DNA of 64,000 nucleotides, taken from positions 992,001 through 1,056,000 of the forward strand of contig OZ244239.1 of assembly GCA_965217115.1 (NCBI GenBank), written 5' to 3'. Positions 21,030 to 31,406 of the stretch are shown here, one piece after another; positions within the stretch are counted from its first letter, which is position 1, and each line of letters begins with the position of its first letter. Origin of the DNA: Bdellovibrionales bacterium (lineage in GTDB: Bacteria > Bdellovibrionota > Bdellovibrionia > Bdellovibrionales > CAYMLA01). The position numbers and the translations under genes are program-made. Below the pieces are notes generated by a model. It saw only the letters and a list, made by a program, of their open reading frames with translations, made no database searches and had not been told where the DNA came from.

Positions 21030-22400
21030 TTATTTATAGACCTTGAATTTTCCTTCTTTAACACGAGTAAAATAGCTCTTCGACGCCTCTCTTACCTTTG
21101 GGAATAAAAATAACAACGCAATCATATTAGGGATCACCATCAGCCCCATTGTGATATCAGAAAAATTCAAAACAGCATCACTCTTCCATACAGCACCTAT
21201 CACTACCACCAAACAAAAAATAACCTTATAAGGCTTAATTCCCTTATCTCCAAATAGATAATCCACTGCCCTTTCTCCGTAATAAGACCAGCTAATTAAT
21301 GTTGAATAAGCAAAAAAGAACACTGCCACAGGTACAAAGTACTGACCAAATCCAGGAATTGCAGAATCAAAGGCCGATGCCGTCAATGCCACACCACTAA
21401 GATCTCCCTGCCATGCTCCTGAGATTAAAATCACTAACGCTGTCATCGTACAAATTACAACCGTATCAATAAACGGTCCTAAAGATGCCACAATCCCTTC
21501 ACGAATAGGTTCATTTGTCATAGCCGCCGAATGGGCAATGGCCGCCGAACCTAATCCCGCTTCATTAGAAAAACACGCTCTTCTCACTCCCTGAATCAAC
21601 ACAACCTTCACTGCTGCACCAGCAAAACCACCTATAGCAGCCGTACCCGTAAAAGCATCAGTGAAAATCATTGCAATCAATGCTGGTAAATCAGATATAT
21701 GAGCTAAAAGAACAACAAGCGCCCCAAAAACATAAATAAGCGCCATAAGGGGAATAAGTTTTTCTGTCACCCGAGCTATCCGCTTCACACCGCCGATGAT
21801 AACAACAGCAGTTAAAATAGCTAAAACAAGACCTACAAGTAGAGTTGAAATTCCAAACTGGCCTGACATAATTGAAGCCACCTGATTGGCCTGAAACATA
21901 TTCGCCGCTCCGAAGCTACCGCAAATACAAAAGAAAGCAAATGCGACAGCCAAAGGCTTAAACGCCTTACCCATACCTATTTCAATATAATGCATAGGTC
22001 CGCCATGAACCACTCCCTTCTCATCCACTCGGCGATACATTATAGCCAAAGAAGACTCGACGAACTTGGTCGACATTCCCACCAAACCCACAAGAATCAT
22101 CCAAAAAACAGCACCAGGTCCACCCGCTTTAATAGCAAATGCGACACCTGCAATATTTCCCAAGCCCACCGTTGCTGATAGCGCTGTGCATAAAGCTTGA
22201 AAATGGCTGATCTCCCCTGGATCATCAGGATTATCGTATTTACCTCTCACCACATCAATAGCATGACGAAAACCCCTAAATTGTATGAACCCTAGAGAAA
22301 TAGTAAATAGAAGACCTGCTCCCACCAATGTCACCACTAAGGGGAGTCCCCAAACATAACCGACAAATACAGATAAAAACTCATTAAACGTTTCTAGCAT
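21030..22400 (-). CDS. sodium:alanine/glycine symporter (AGCS family)
   Basis: ISHFQAL, VGLGNIAGVA, GGPGAVFWM, GGPMHY, FSNEAGLGS, IDTVVICTMT. Confidence 0.95.
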   Translation of the reverse strand: MLETFNEFLSVFVGYVWGLPLVVTLVGAGLLFTISLGFIQFRGFRHAIDVVRGKYDNPDDPGEISHFQALCTALSATVGLGNIAGVAFAIKAGGPGAVFWMILVGLVGMSTKFVESSLAIMYRRVDEKGVVHGGPMHYIEIGMGKAFKPLAVAFAFFCICGSFGAANMFQANQVASIMSGQFGISTLLVGLVLAILTAVVIIGGVKRIARVTEKLIPLMALIYVFGALVVLLAHISDLPALIAMIFTDAFTGTAAIGGFAGAAVKVVLIQGVRRACFSNEAGLGSAAIAHSAAMTNEPIREGIVASLGPFIDTVVICTMTALVILISGAWQGDLSGVALTASAFDSAIPGFGQYFVPVAVFFFAYSTLISWSYYGERAVDYLFGDKGIKPYKVIFCLVVVIGAVWKSDAVLNFSDITMGLMVIPNMIALLFLFPKVREASKSYFTRVKEGKFKVYK

Positions 22401-22469
22401 AGAGAACTCTCCAAAAATTAGATTTTACAGAATTATATCCACACTTAACAGCCATCTCCAAGACAATTC

Positions 22470-23648
22470 TCAAGCCATTAGAAATGTTGTGTAGAGGTCT
22501 TCACCCATGTTCATGGCGAAAGTTTTTGTAAAAAAAATGCGCTCCTTCATCTGAGAAAAAGACAGCTTATTTGTCCAAGATACTCCTCCGCCTGCCCCCA
22601 AAACAATTGGCGCCACAAAAAGATGTAGTCTCTGACATTTTTTCTGTTGCAAAAAAATACTCAAAGTTTCAGCACCTCCTTCAACAAAAACTGAATAAAT
22701 ACCCTTTTTCCTAAGAAGAAATAATAAATGTTGCAAATCAAACTCTCCGCCATCCAAAGTCTTGATTCGCAAGATATTGACACCAACTGCTGCCTCTAGG
22801 TTCTGAGACGGCAAAATCCGTTTCTCTTCAATACAAATATAGATATTTTCCGCAGGACGAACTTTAGCTATGTTTAAACTCTCTATTTTAGAAAGTAACT
22901 CTCCAGATGGATCTAAAATAACAACCTTATTCTCTAAACCAGGAAAATCAGTGTGACGAATATTCAAACTTGGATTATCTATTTCCACCGTCCCTCGACC
23001 TACAAGAACGGCATCATATTGAGCACGAAGTTCATGGGAGAATAGGCGAGATTTTTCACCCGTAATCCACCGATTTCCCCCACTGGTTAAAGCTATTTGT
23101 CCATCTAAAGACGTTGCTACTTTTAGGGCCACAAAAGTTTTTTCTTTTTCAATATTATAAATAAAGTTCTCTACTAACTCTCTTAGATTTTTTTTAATTT
23201 TTAATGAATTACCATCTCTATTGTCATCTCCAGTACTAAGACAATCCTCAGCCCATTCTTCAGTCTCAATTCCAAGGTTTTCTAAAATAGAAATTCCCTT
23301 TCCTTGTACCAGAGGGTTCGGGTCAATTAAGCCGTAAATAACTTTCTTTATAGGCAACTCAGACAAGACTTTAGCGCAGCTGGGTGTTTTTCCTTCATGG
23401 GCACAAGGTTCTAAAGTCACATAAAAATAGCTTCCACTCAATTTTTCTTTTTTTATTTTTCTTAAGGCATTAATCTCAGCGTGAGCTCCACCAAAGCACT
23501 CATGAAACCCTGAGGCCAAAAAATGATGGTTCTTATCCACCACCACACAGCCCACCAGAGGATTAGGAGACACTCGCCCGATCCCTTTCTTAGCCACTTC
23601 AATCGCTAAAGTCATGGCCTCTTCAGGAGATAAGAGAGTCTCTGTCAT
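22470..23648 (-). CDS. ribD: bifunctional riboflavin deaminase/reductase
   Basis: PNPLVGCV, HAE, VTLEPC.H..KTPSC, ATSLDG, WITG, VEGG. Confidence 0.95.
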   Translation of the reverse strand: MTETLLSPEEAMTLAIEVAKKGIGRVSPNPLVGCVVVDKNHHFLASGFHECFGGAHAEINALRKIKKEKLSGSYFYVTLEPCAHEGKTPSCAKVLSELPIKKVIYGLIDPNPLVQGKGISILENLGIETEEWAEDCLSTGDDNRDGNSLKIKKNLRELVENFIYNIEKEKTFVALKVATSLDGQIALTSGGNRWITGEKSRLFSHELRAQYDAVLVGRGTVEIDNPSLNIRHTDFPGLENKVVILDPSGELLSKIESLNIAKVRPAENIYICIEEKRILPSQNLEAAVGVNILRIKTLDGGEFDLQHLLFLLRKKGIYSVFVEGGAETLSIFLQQKKCQRLHLFVAPIVLGAGGGVSWTNKLSFSQMKERIFFTKTFAMNMGEDLYTTFLMA

Positions 23649-23657
23649 ATTTTTCCT

Positions 23658-24695
23658 TTACAAAAAACCACGTCTTGCTTGGTCTATCTCAATAGAATCA
23701 AATAATGCCTGGAAATTCCCCTCACCAAAACCTAAATGGTTTTTTCTTTGAATAACTTCATAAAAAATAGGACCAATCACGTTACACGTAAAAATTTGCA
23801 ACAAATACCCCTCATCGTCTCCATCAATTAACACTGAATGCTCTTCCATACTTTGTAAATCTTCAGTCACATTAGGCACGCGATTAGAAATTTCCTCGTA
23901 ATAAGTTCCTGGGGGGGGATCTAGAAATCTCACTCCATTCTCTTGTAGTCCTTTTATCGAAGAAATGATATCATCGGTAAGCAAAGCCAAATGCTGGATG
24001 CCCGGTCCTTTGTACTCTTCTAAATACTCCTGGATTTGTGATTTACTATCAGTTGGCTCATTAATCGGGATGATGATTTTATCACAAGGAGACATCATCA
24101 CTTTACTTATTAAACCTGTTTTTTTTCCTTTAATATCAAAAAAACGCACTTCTCGAAAATTAAAAATATTCTCGTAAAAATCACACCATTTCTGCATTTC
24201 CCCAAAAGGAACATTATTTGTTAAATGATCAATGGCCGAAAAACCAACACCTCTTGGATGATGATCCTTTGTTATAAATTCAAATTTTTCAGCGTAAAAT
24301 TCTTTTTCAAGATTTTCATCAACAAAGTAAATTAACGAATCACCTATTCCATAAACTGCTGGAAAAAGACATGCTCCTTTATCTTTATCATCACCTTCAT
24401 AGGGTCTGGCTCCTCTTTCAACCGCAACTTGAAAAGCCTTTACTGCGTTCTGCACCCTAAACCCTGTAGAACAAATAGACGGCCCATGGGCTTTTACGAA
24501 TTCTTCGGCAAAAGTCTCTTTCTCCTTATTCAAAAGAAAATTACAGTCTCCCTGTCGATACAAGGCCACATCTTTGCTCTTATACTGGGCAACCTTGTCA
24601 AATCCCATGTTCTTAAATAATTTTGATAAATATTCAGCGTCAATTCCAACATATTCAACAAAGGCAAACCCATTTAAACCTACAGGATTTTCCAC
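23658..24695 (-). CDS. hppD: 4-hydroxyphenylpyruvate dioxygenase
   Basis: IDHLTNNV, SQIQEYL...GPGIQHLA, LLQIFT, EVIQRK..GFGEGNFQALF. Confidence 0.97.
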   Translation of the reverse strand: MENPVGLNGFAFVEYVGIDAEYLSKLFKNMGFDKVAQYKSKDVALYRQGDCNFLLNKEKETFAEEFVKAHGPSICSTGFRVQNAVKAFQVAVERGARPYEGDDKDKGACLFPAVYGIGDSLIYFVDENLEKEFYAEKFEFITKDHHPRGVGFSAIDHLTNNVPFGEMQKWCDFYENIFNFREVRFFDIKGKKTGLISKVMMSPCDKIIIPINEPTDSKSQIQEYLEEYKGPGIQHLALLTDDIISSIKGLQENGVRFLDPPPGTYYEEISNRVPNVTEDLQSMEEHSVLIDGDDEGYLLQIFTCNVIGPIFYEVIQRKNHLGFGEGNFQALFDSIEIDQARRGFL

Positions 24696-24805
24696 TAAGA
24701 CCTCCTTAAATAAACAACCTAAAAGCTGTTAATACTACCTCTCTCTTCTTTAGGCAAGTTGAGAGCGCCGTTCTCAAGAAAACCTTCAAAAAGACAACTG
24801 AGCAC

Positions 24806-26095
24806 TTATAAATTTACACCCTGAATATGACTGTAAAAACCCTGCACTAGAGGGTCTACAAAGATAGAGCGAGGATTCCAACCCTCCAAAAAAAGACCTC
24901 TCCCTGATTTTAATCGACTCAAAGCTACGTAGGCCTGTCCTGGCTCCCACAAATGACGAATATCGACCCCAACCTTTTCTAAGGTCATTCCCTGGGACTT
25001 ATGAATGGTTGAAGCGTAGGCTAAGGTCAAAGGAAAATTCATAGCCGACGCCACCACATCCCCCTTCTGGTTCAATAAGGAGAAAGTCCCCTTTTCAACA
25101 TTTACACTGCGGCCAGAGTCCAATAGAACACGAATTTTTTCATTCTCTATCTCCCTAACCACTCCCGTTGTTCCATTCACCCAACGCTTTTTAGGATCAT
25201 TTTGTAAAAACATCACCCGACAGTTATTTTTTAAAACAAGAATCTCTGGAATGGGGGCCTTTTTTTTCAATGATTCACTGTATCTTTCATCACCGAAATA
25301 AACCGTAGCAATTTTTTCTTCTTCGCTATCTAAATTAGATAAACGTTGGCGATTTAATTGATCCGTTTGATTTCTTCGAGGAAAAAGACGGGTTCCATCA
25401 AAATCGATATCTAAATAACACTCTTTATCCTCTAAAAAGCCCCTCACTCTCTCACTCACTATACCCAAGCGCACATCATTTAAGATATTAAGAAACTCCA
25501 AATCCTCTGTGCGATGATTATTTGTTAACACAGAATTTATAAAATTTGTTTTTTCCCATACTGGATTCAGGAATGCCCACTGACTCTTACCACCAGAACG
25601 ACTCACTGGAGGTAATTGAGCAAAATCTCCCACAGTGATAACCTGCATCCCTCCCCATGGTAAGTCTTTCCCTCTAGCACTTCGAGCCAGTGCCTCAGCC
25701 ACTGCAAGAGCATATCCTGGTACCATAGAGATCTCATCAATGATCACCCCCTGTACTTTACGTAAACGTCGGAATAATACCTTGTCTTTTTGTGCTCGCT
25801 CAAAGGTTGCCTGAACCCCACCCTCCATAATACCCAAACCAAAAAAACTATGAAAAGTACGCCCAGCAATTAAAATAGCTGCCCTGCCTGTGCTCGCTAA
25901 AATTGGAAACTCTTTGGAATCTAAACCCTCTGTAAAAGAGCGCACCACGTAGCTCTTACCACTACCAGCAACCCCTGTGAGAAATACGTTTTTCCCGCTG
26001 CGTAAATGATCACAAGCCAATTCCTGGTCTTCACTTAAAGAGACTTCCTCTGATTCTTGGATATCAGAATCTTGATCATCAATCTGGGTCTCCAT
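24806..26095 (-). CDS. PIF1-family ATP-dependent DNA helicase (start moved to ATG 26095)
   Basis: TGVAGSGKS, DEISM, PIF1 signature DLPWGGMQVITVGDFAQLPPV, HKSQG, YVALSR. Confidence 0.92.
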   Translation of the reverse strand: METQIDDQDSDIQESEEVSLSEDQELACDHLRSGKNVFLTGVAGSGKSYVVRSFTEGLDSKEFPILASTGRAAILIAGRTFHSFFGLGIMEGGVQATFERAQKDKVLFRRLRKVQGVIIDEISMVPGYALAVAEALARSARGKDLPWGGMQVITVGDFAQLPPVSRSGGKSQWAFLNPVWEKTNFINSVLTNNHRTEDLEFLNILNDVRLGIVSERVRGFLEDKECYLDIDFDGTRLFPRRNQTDQLNRQRLSNLDSEEEKIATVYFGDERYSESLKKKAPIPEILVLKNNCRVMFLQNDPKKRWVNGTTGVVREIENEKIRVLLDSGRSVNVEKGTFSLLNQKGDVVASAMNFPLTLAYASTIHKSQGMTLEKVGVDIRHLWEPGQAYVALSRLKSGRGLFLEGWNPRSIFVDPLVQGFYSHIQGVNL

Positions 26096-26298
26096 ATCTC
26101 TCCTGTTGGCAAGCACATCCATATCTGATAGAGTGGCTGTATAAACATATCACTGTCCTTGCTCAGACACCCTACAATAATACAGTAGATATGAATAAAA
26201 TTAAACTAAATACTCAAAAACGTACAGTCTTAAATACTAAGGGTGTCATCGAGTTACTCAACTAGAACTGACTAACAAAAAACAGGAGAACAGATAAA

Positions 26299-26670
26299 AT
26301 GACAAAAACAAAAGAACCCCAATCCTTTAACAGCATCACAGCCAACCCTCTATTTCCAAAGGTCCAAGATATCTCTCCTAAAGAAGTTAACGAGAAGAAA
26401 AATCTCATACACATCATAGATGTTCGTCGTCCCGATGAATTCTGTGGCGAACTTGAACATATTCCAGGTGCTAAACTCATTACTCTAGATACCCTTGAAG
26501 AGAACCAAAGCTCCTTGCCAAAGGATGGTTCTATTGTCTTTATTTGCCGAAGTGGTGGCCGATCAGCTCACGCGTCTGTATGGGCCCAAGACAATGGCTG
26601 GCAAAATGTTTACAATATGCTGGGAGGAATGATCGCCTGGAACAAACAAAAATTTGAAACAGAAGTTTAA
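26299..26670 (+). CDS. rhodanese-like domain protein
   Basis: IDVRRPDEF, HIPGA, CRSGGRS, GGMIAW. Confidence 0.92.
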   Translation: MTKTKEPQSFNSITANPLFPKVQDISPKEVNEKKNLIHIIDVRRPDEFCGELEHIPGAKLITLDTLEENQSSLPKDGSIVFICRSGGRSAHASVWAQDNGWQNVYNMLGGMIAWNKQKFETEV

Positions 26671-26689
26671 AAAGAAAACAGGAGACACC

Positions 26690-28057
26690 ATGCCTCAGAT
26701 ATTTGTCAATAGAACTCTTAACTTAAAGAAAATAAAATACGTTGGTTTAGATATGGACCACACCTTGGTTCGCTACAACAGCGAAGCCTTCGAGGCTCTA
26801 TCTTTTGACATGATGAAAATCAAACTTGTCAATAACCATGACTACCCTAAAGAGATTCTTAATCTTAATCTTGATTTTAATCTACCCACTCGTGGACTTG
26901 TCATAGATAGAAAATTAGGAAATTTACTTAAAATCAGCCGTCACAGTGCTATACGAAAAGTCTATCACGGAACAAACCCCGTGAATTTCAAAACTCTACA
27001 GAGACTTTACCGTGCTAAATACATTGATCTAGGCTCTTCGGATTACGTCTCAGTTGATACAGCTTTTTCAATTTCCCATGCTTGTATGTTTGCCCTGCTC
27101 GTCGATTTTAAAGATCAACACCCTAACAAACATCTTCCTGAGTATCCAGATATCGCCGACGATGTTATTACAGTGCTTGACGAAGCTCATCGGGACAACA
27201 GCATTAAAGGGTTGGTAAAAGAATCTCTCGAAGACTTTGTCATCCAAGATGAATCTGTCGTCAAAGGCCTAGAGCGATTTCTTCAACACGGTAAGAAACT
27301 CTTTATTCTTACCAATTCAGATTATCATTATACAAAGTTACTCTTAGACTACACCGTGAATCCCTTTTTACAAAATGGTCAAACTTGGGAAGACATCTTT
27401 GAGTACACTATCTGTTTTGCACAAAAGCCTCGCTTCTTCCATGATAACTTAAAATTTCTAAAAATTAATCCTAAAGATGGTTCTATGGCCAATCATGATG
27501 GCCTACTTGAACCAGGAGTTTATCAAGGTGGCTCTGCCAATATTTTTACCCAAAGTCTCAACGTCGACAGTGATGACATCCTCTACGTTGGCGATCATAT
27601 TTATGGCGACATTCTTAAACTCAAAAAAGCATGCTCATGGAGAACGGCCATCGTCATTGAGGAGTTAGCAAGAGAGATCAAGTCTAACAAGAAAGGAAAT
27701 GCCCTAAGTGTTAAAATTGAAGACCTCATGGAACTCAAAGAACCTATGGAGATCGATCTCACTGAAAAAATTTCCATGAAAGTTGAAAACAGAAATATCG
27801 ACGAAAAGGAAATCTCCACCTTACAAAAAAAAATTTCCGAGATAGACACTCAAATTAGTCATCTTATTAAAGAACAACAAGCTCTCTACAACCCCTATTG
27901 GGGACAAGTCATGAGATCAGGGAATGAAGAGAGTTACTTCGCCTCCCAAGTCGTGCGTTTTGCCTGTATCTACATGGCTAAACTCTCTGATCTACTGGAT
28001 CAATCCCCCAGAACCTACTTCAGAGCCTCCAGACGTCCTATGCCCCATGAGGTTTAA
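26690..28057 (+). CDS. HAD-superfamily IG 5'-nucleotidase (cN-II-like)
   Basis: IFVNRTL, DMDHTL, RGLVID, LTNS, YVGDHIYGDI, WRTAIVIEEL. Confidence 0.9.
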   Translation: MPQIFVNRTLNLKKIKYVGLDMDHTLVRYNSEAFEALSFDMMKIKLVNNHDYPKEILNLNLDFNLPTRGLVIDRKLGNLLKISRHSAIRKVYHGTNPVNFKTLQRLYRAKYIDLGSSDYVSVDTAFSISHACMFALLVDFKDQHPNKHLPEYPDIADDVITVLDEAHRDNSIKGLVKESLEDFVIQDESVVKGLERFLQHGKKLFILTNSDYHYTKLLLDYTVNPFLQNGQTWEDIFEYTICFAQKPRFFHDNLKFLKINPKDGSMANHDGLLEPGVYQGGSANIFTQSLNVDSDDILYVGDHIYGDILKLKKACSWRTAIVIEELAREIKSNKKGNALSVKIEDLMELKEPMEIDLTEKISMKVENRNIDEKEISTLQKKISEIDTQISHLIKEQQALYNPYWGQVMRSGNEESYFASQVVRFACIYMAKLSDLLDQSPRTYFRASRRPMPHEV

Positions 28058-28111
28058 TTTCCTGTAATCATTTTTATTGTTCCCGTAAACACTGTGGGAT
28101 CAACAAATGCC

Positions 28112-28900
28112 TCAATTAGCACGGCGAGGGGCTTTTAAGGATGACAGAGGACTCATTAAATAAATATTATAGCGTCCCCGACTCACGTGGTCTGTGGCAT
28201 GCAGCCATCCTTTTTTTCCTTTCTGTTTGATCTTTCTCTCAACCTTGCGAAAAAGCGATATTGATTTATTTTGAACCTCACAACCAATCATCGATAATAA
28301 ATCTTCTTTTTTATGGGAATTTAAAGGGGCGTTTTTCAAACAAGAATAGGGAAAGCTATTGAATTCATCTCTATTAGACATCAAAGGCCAAACACCCAAA
28401 AACTCAATTTTTTTATCAAACCTTCTACTTAACTTTAGTCCTTGTTGGGATGACATAATGAAGACGATCTGTTTTCTTCCTAAATCTGTCCTTTCGCTGT
28501 GCTCTTCTATTTTCTCAACAATCAACTCTATCGTCATCACTTCCATTTCCATTTGTTTATTTTTATTGCCTTCAGAACGAGTTAAATCAGAGTCCACAAA
28601 AATTGAATAACGCTTTCCCCTCAAGTGAGCTTCTCGCAGAAAACCTAGCCACAAGAGCCACTGTTCCTTTAATAATGGGCTCAAATCCTGATTGACTCCT
28701 AGAACAATCACAGAAGCTTTCTCTAATTCAGGCCATAAACGCAGGTAATTATACCTCCCAACATCTCTCAACTCGCTAGAGAAACTTAGTTTTATTTTAG
28801 GGACAGGGCGAGAAGTGGCCGTGTATTTGAGGGAGAACATCACGCCACAGACAATAAATAACAGCATCAACGCCCATAGCACCTTTATTCTTCTGCTCAT
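28112..28900 (-). CDS. hypothetical membrane-anchored protein
   Basis: 262-aa ORF with one N-terminal hydrophobic helix. Confidence 0.65.
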   Translation of the reverse strand: MSRRIKVLWALMLLFIVCGVMFSLKYTATSRPVPKIKLSFSSELRDVGRYNYLRLWPELEKASVIVLGVNQDLSPLLKEQWLLWLGFLREAHLRGKRYSIFVDSDLTRSEGNKNKQMEMEVMTIELIVEKIEEHSERTDLGRKQIVFIMSSQQGLKLSRRFDKKIEFLGVWPLMSNRDEFNSFPYSCLKNAPLNSHKKEDLLSMIGCEVQNKSISLFRKVERKIKQKGKKGWLHATDHVSRGRYNIYLMSPLSSLKAPRRAN

Positions 28901-28983
28901 AACACAGTAATATACCTCATAAATTAGGTGTTTAGTCTACTAATTCATCTCTCTCACTATAAAATAGTGCCATTCTCATTTCC

Positions 28984-29012
28984 TTGCATTTAAGACCTTT
29001 TTTAGTTAGTGT
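28984..29012 (+). promoter_or_regulatory. sigma-70 promoter of the pan/coa operon
   Basis: TTGCAT-N17-TAGTGT. Confidence 0.55.
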
Positions 29013-29016
29013 TCTC

Positions 29017-29065
29017 CCCATTGGCCTTGGCATTGATCTCTAAACAGACAATGACCACATTTGGG
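29017..29065 (+). ncRNA. pan RNA motif (cis-regulatory hairpin with two bulged A)
   Basis: TGG-CATTG-[A]-TCT-loop CTAAAC-AGA-CAATG-[A]-CCA at 29028-29057, in the 5' leader of pantothenate genes. Confidence 0.7.
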
Positions 29066-29092
29066 ACGATTTATAATTTAACTTAAGGGGAC

Positions 29093-29866
29093 TTGAACCT
29101 GGAACGGGTACCTCAAAAAAAACATCAGTATCTTATCGTCGGCAACGGTCGTATGGCGAACCATTGCACACGTTACTTTCAATACCTACAAATTCCCTAC
29201 TTAAAATGGACACGATCACAGATATCCCAGTCCAAAAAATGTACTTTACAAGAAAAAATTCAAAAATGCTCTCATATCCTTCTGCTCATTAATGATGATG
29301 CTATCGAGCCTTTTTTTCAAGAGAACAAAAATTTCTTTAAAAACAAAATACTCCTTCACTTCTCTGGCCATCTGGTTCTTGATCAGATCATTGATTTACA
29401 CCCTCTGATGACCTTTGGGCTAAAACCATACGATAAAAAAACTTACCAATCCACGGGGTTTGTCACTTCCTATGCAGATTTTAACAAAGACATCCACCTC
29501 CCTGGTGTACCTAACCATGTCTATGAAATACTTCCTGAAAAAAAACATCTTTACCACGCAAGTTGTGTCTTGGCAGGAAATTTCACCCACCTTCTTTGGA
29601 CAAAATTAAAAAATAATTTTGCAGAGCTCAACCTGCCCGAAGAACTCTATCTTCCCTACTTAATACAAACCTTAGAAAACCTAACCCAGAAAGAAACTGC
29701 AAACACCCTCACTGGCCCACTTGCTAGGAAAGACAAACAAACCATAAAAAACAATCTCAAAGCCTTGAAAAACGATCCCTATCAAAAGGTCTATCAAGCA
29801 TTCGTCGACGCTCACCTTGGTTCTGATTTTTTACACACACCCCTCTTACAGGAAACTCAATTATGA
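29093..29866 (+). CDS. panG: Rossmann + DUF2520 oxidoreductase, probable PanG-type ketopantoate reductase
   Basis: IVGNGRMA, DDAI, HFSG, LHPLMTF, YHASCV, LTGPLARKD; first gene of a pan operon that lacks panE. Confidence 0.7.
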   Translation: MNLERVPQKKHQYLIVGNGRMANHCTRYFQYLQIPYLKWTRSQISQSKKCTLQEKIQKCSHILLLINDDAIEPFFQENKNFFKNKILLHFSGHLVLDQIIDLHPLMTFGLKPYDKKTYQSTGFVTSYADFNKDIHLPGVPNHVYEILPEKKHLYHASCVLAGNFTHLLWTKLKNNFAELNLPEELYLPYLIQTLENLTQKETANTLTGPLARKDKQTIKNNLKALKNDPYQKVYQAFVDAHLGSDFLHTPLLQETQL

Positions 29867-30654
29867 ATACCGCCCTCTCTTTTAAAGCCAAAAAAATAGA
29901 ACAACGGAAAATTTCTATTAGCACTTGCTATGATTACACTTCGGCACAAATTATTAATTCAACAGAAATAGATGCCATTTTAGTTGGTGATAGTGTCTCC
30001 ATGGTTATTCATGGCCATTCCTCCACAGTTCATGCCACCATGGATATGATGGCCATGCACACAGCTGCCGTCTCCAAAGGCGCTCCTGATAAATTCCTTA
30101 TTGCTGACATGCCGTTTCTCTCCTATCGCAAGAGCACATGCGACACACTCAACAACGTTCAACTCCTGATGAAGCAAGGTGCCCATGCCATTAAGCTCGA
30201 AGGAACTGAAGGCAATTTAGAGACCATACGTCATATCGTTGATTCTGGAGTTCCCGTTATGGGCCACCTCGGCCTCACCCCTCAATTTGTTAATCAATTT
30301 GGTGGTTTTAAAGTTCAAGGTAAAAATGCCACACAAGCAAAAGAAATACATAGGCAAGCTATCCAACTCCAAGAGGCAGGGTGTTTTTCCATTGTTCTTG
30401 AATGTGTCCCCTCTCCCTTAGGCGAACAGATTACTCAGAAGATTAATATTCCAACCATTGGCATCGGTGCAGGTCCACACACCGACGGACAAATTCTTGT
30501 TTTTCAAGACTTCCTAGGTATGCAAAAAAACTTTCAACCTAAATTTGTAAAAAAATATCTCAATGGCTTTGATCTCATACAAAAATCACTCAACTCCTTT
30601 CATCAAGATATTGTAAACCAATCATTCCCCTCTAAACAGGAGAGTTACGAATGA
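29863..30654 (+). CDS. panB: 3-methyl-2-oxobutanoate hydroxymethyltransferase
   Basis: LVGDS, ADMPF, KLEG, GHLGLTPQ, TIGIGAG..TDGQILV. Confidence 0.97.
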   Translation: MNTALSFKAKKIEQRKISISTCYDYTSAQIINSTEIDAILVGDSVSMVIHGHSSTVHATMDMMAMHTAAVSKGAPDKFLIADMPFLSYRKSTCDTLNNVQLLMKQGAHAIKLEGTEGNLETIRHIVDSGVPVMGHLGLTPQFVNQFGGFKVQGKNATQAKEIHRQAIQLQEAGCFSIVLECVPSPLGEQITQKINIPTIGIGAGPHTDGQILVFQDFLGMQKNFQPKFVKKYLNGFDLIQKSLNSFHQDIVNQSFPSKQESYE

Positions 30655-31406
30655 AACTTTATCGACAACTCAACCAATGGCAAAGAGAGAAAAAACAGCT
30701 CAAAGGAAAAACTATTGGATTTGTCCCAACTATGGGTGCACTTCACCAAGGGCATCTTTCCCTAATTGAAAGATCGGCCCAAGAAAATGACTTTACAGTT
30801 CTTAGTATTTTTCTCAATCCAACACAGTTTAACAAGAAATTTGATTTAAACTCTTATCCTTCGGCCTTTGAGCAAGACCTAGAATCAGCGAAATCTTACG
30901 GCGCCACCCATGTTTTGTCTCCTTCCTATGAAGAACTCTACGCAGATGACTATAATTATAAGATCACAGAAAAAAATCTCAGCCCTCGTTTCTGTGGCTC
31001 CCATCGACCTGGACACTTTGACGGTGTACTCACTGTCATTATGAAATTCTTAAATATCGTAGGAGCTAACAATGCTTATTTTGGAGAAAAAGACTTTCAA
31101 CAGTTCCAACTCATAAAGGGAATGACTGAAGCATTTTTTATGTCTACGGAAATAATTCCTTGTCCTACAATACGGGAAAAAGATGGCCTTCCCATGAGTT
31201 CTCGTAACTTAAGGCTCAATTCACAGCAGAGAAGCTTAGCCGCGAATTTTAATCAAATTCTTTCATCAAGTAACGATGTTGATTTTATTAAATCCTCTCT
31301 CCAAAAAAAAGGATTTCAAGTTGATTATGTCGAAACATTTTTTGGCCGCAAATTAGCCGCCGTAAACATTGATAACATTAGGTTAATTGACAATGTCTCA
31401 ATGTAA
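30651..31406 (+). CDS. panC: pantoate--beta-alanine ligase
   Basis: VPTMGALHQGH, NPTQF, RPGHFDGV, FGEKDFQQ, MSSRN, RLIDN. Confidence 0.97.
   Translation: MKLYRQLNQWQREKKQLKGKTIGFVPTMGALHQGHLSLIERSAQENDFTVLSIFLNPTQFNKKFDLNSYPSAFEQDLESAKSYGATHVLSPSYEELYADDYNYKITEKNLSPRFCGSHRPGHFDGVLTVIMKFLNIVGANNAYFGEKDFQQFQLIKGMTEAFFMSTEIIPCPTIREKDGLPMSSRNLRLNSQQRSLAANFNQILSSSNDVDFIKSSLQKKGFQVDYVETFFGRKLAAVNIDNIRLIDNVSM

Noticed and set aside
26137..26190. E. coli-type SOS box upstream of the PIF1 gene
   Set aside because: CTGTATAAACATATCA lacks the right-hand ACAG half-site
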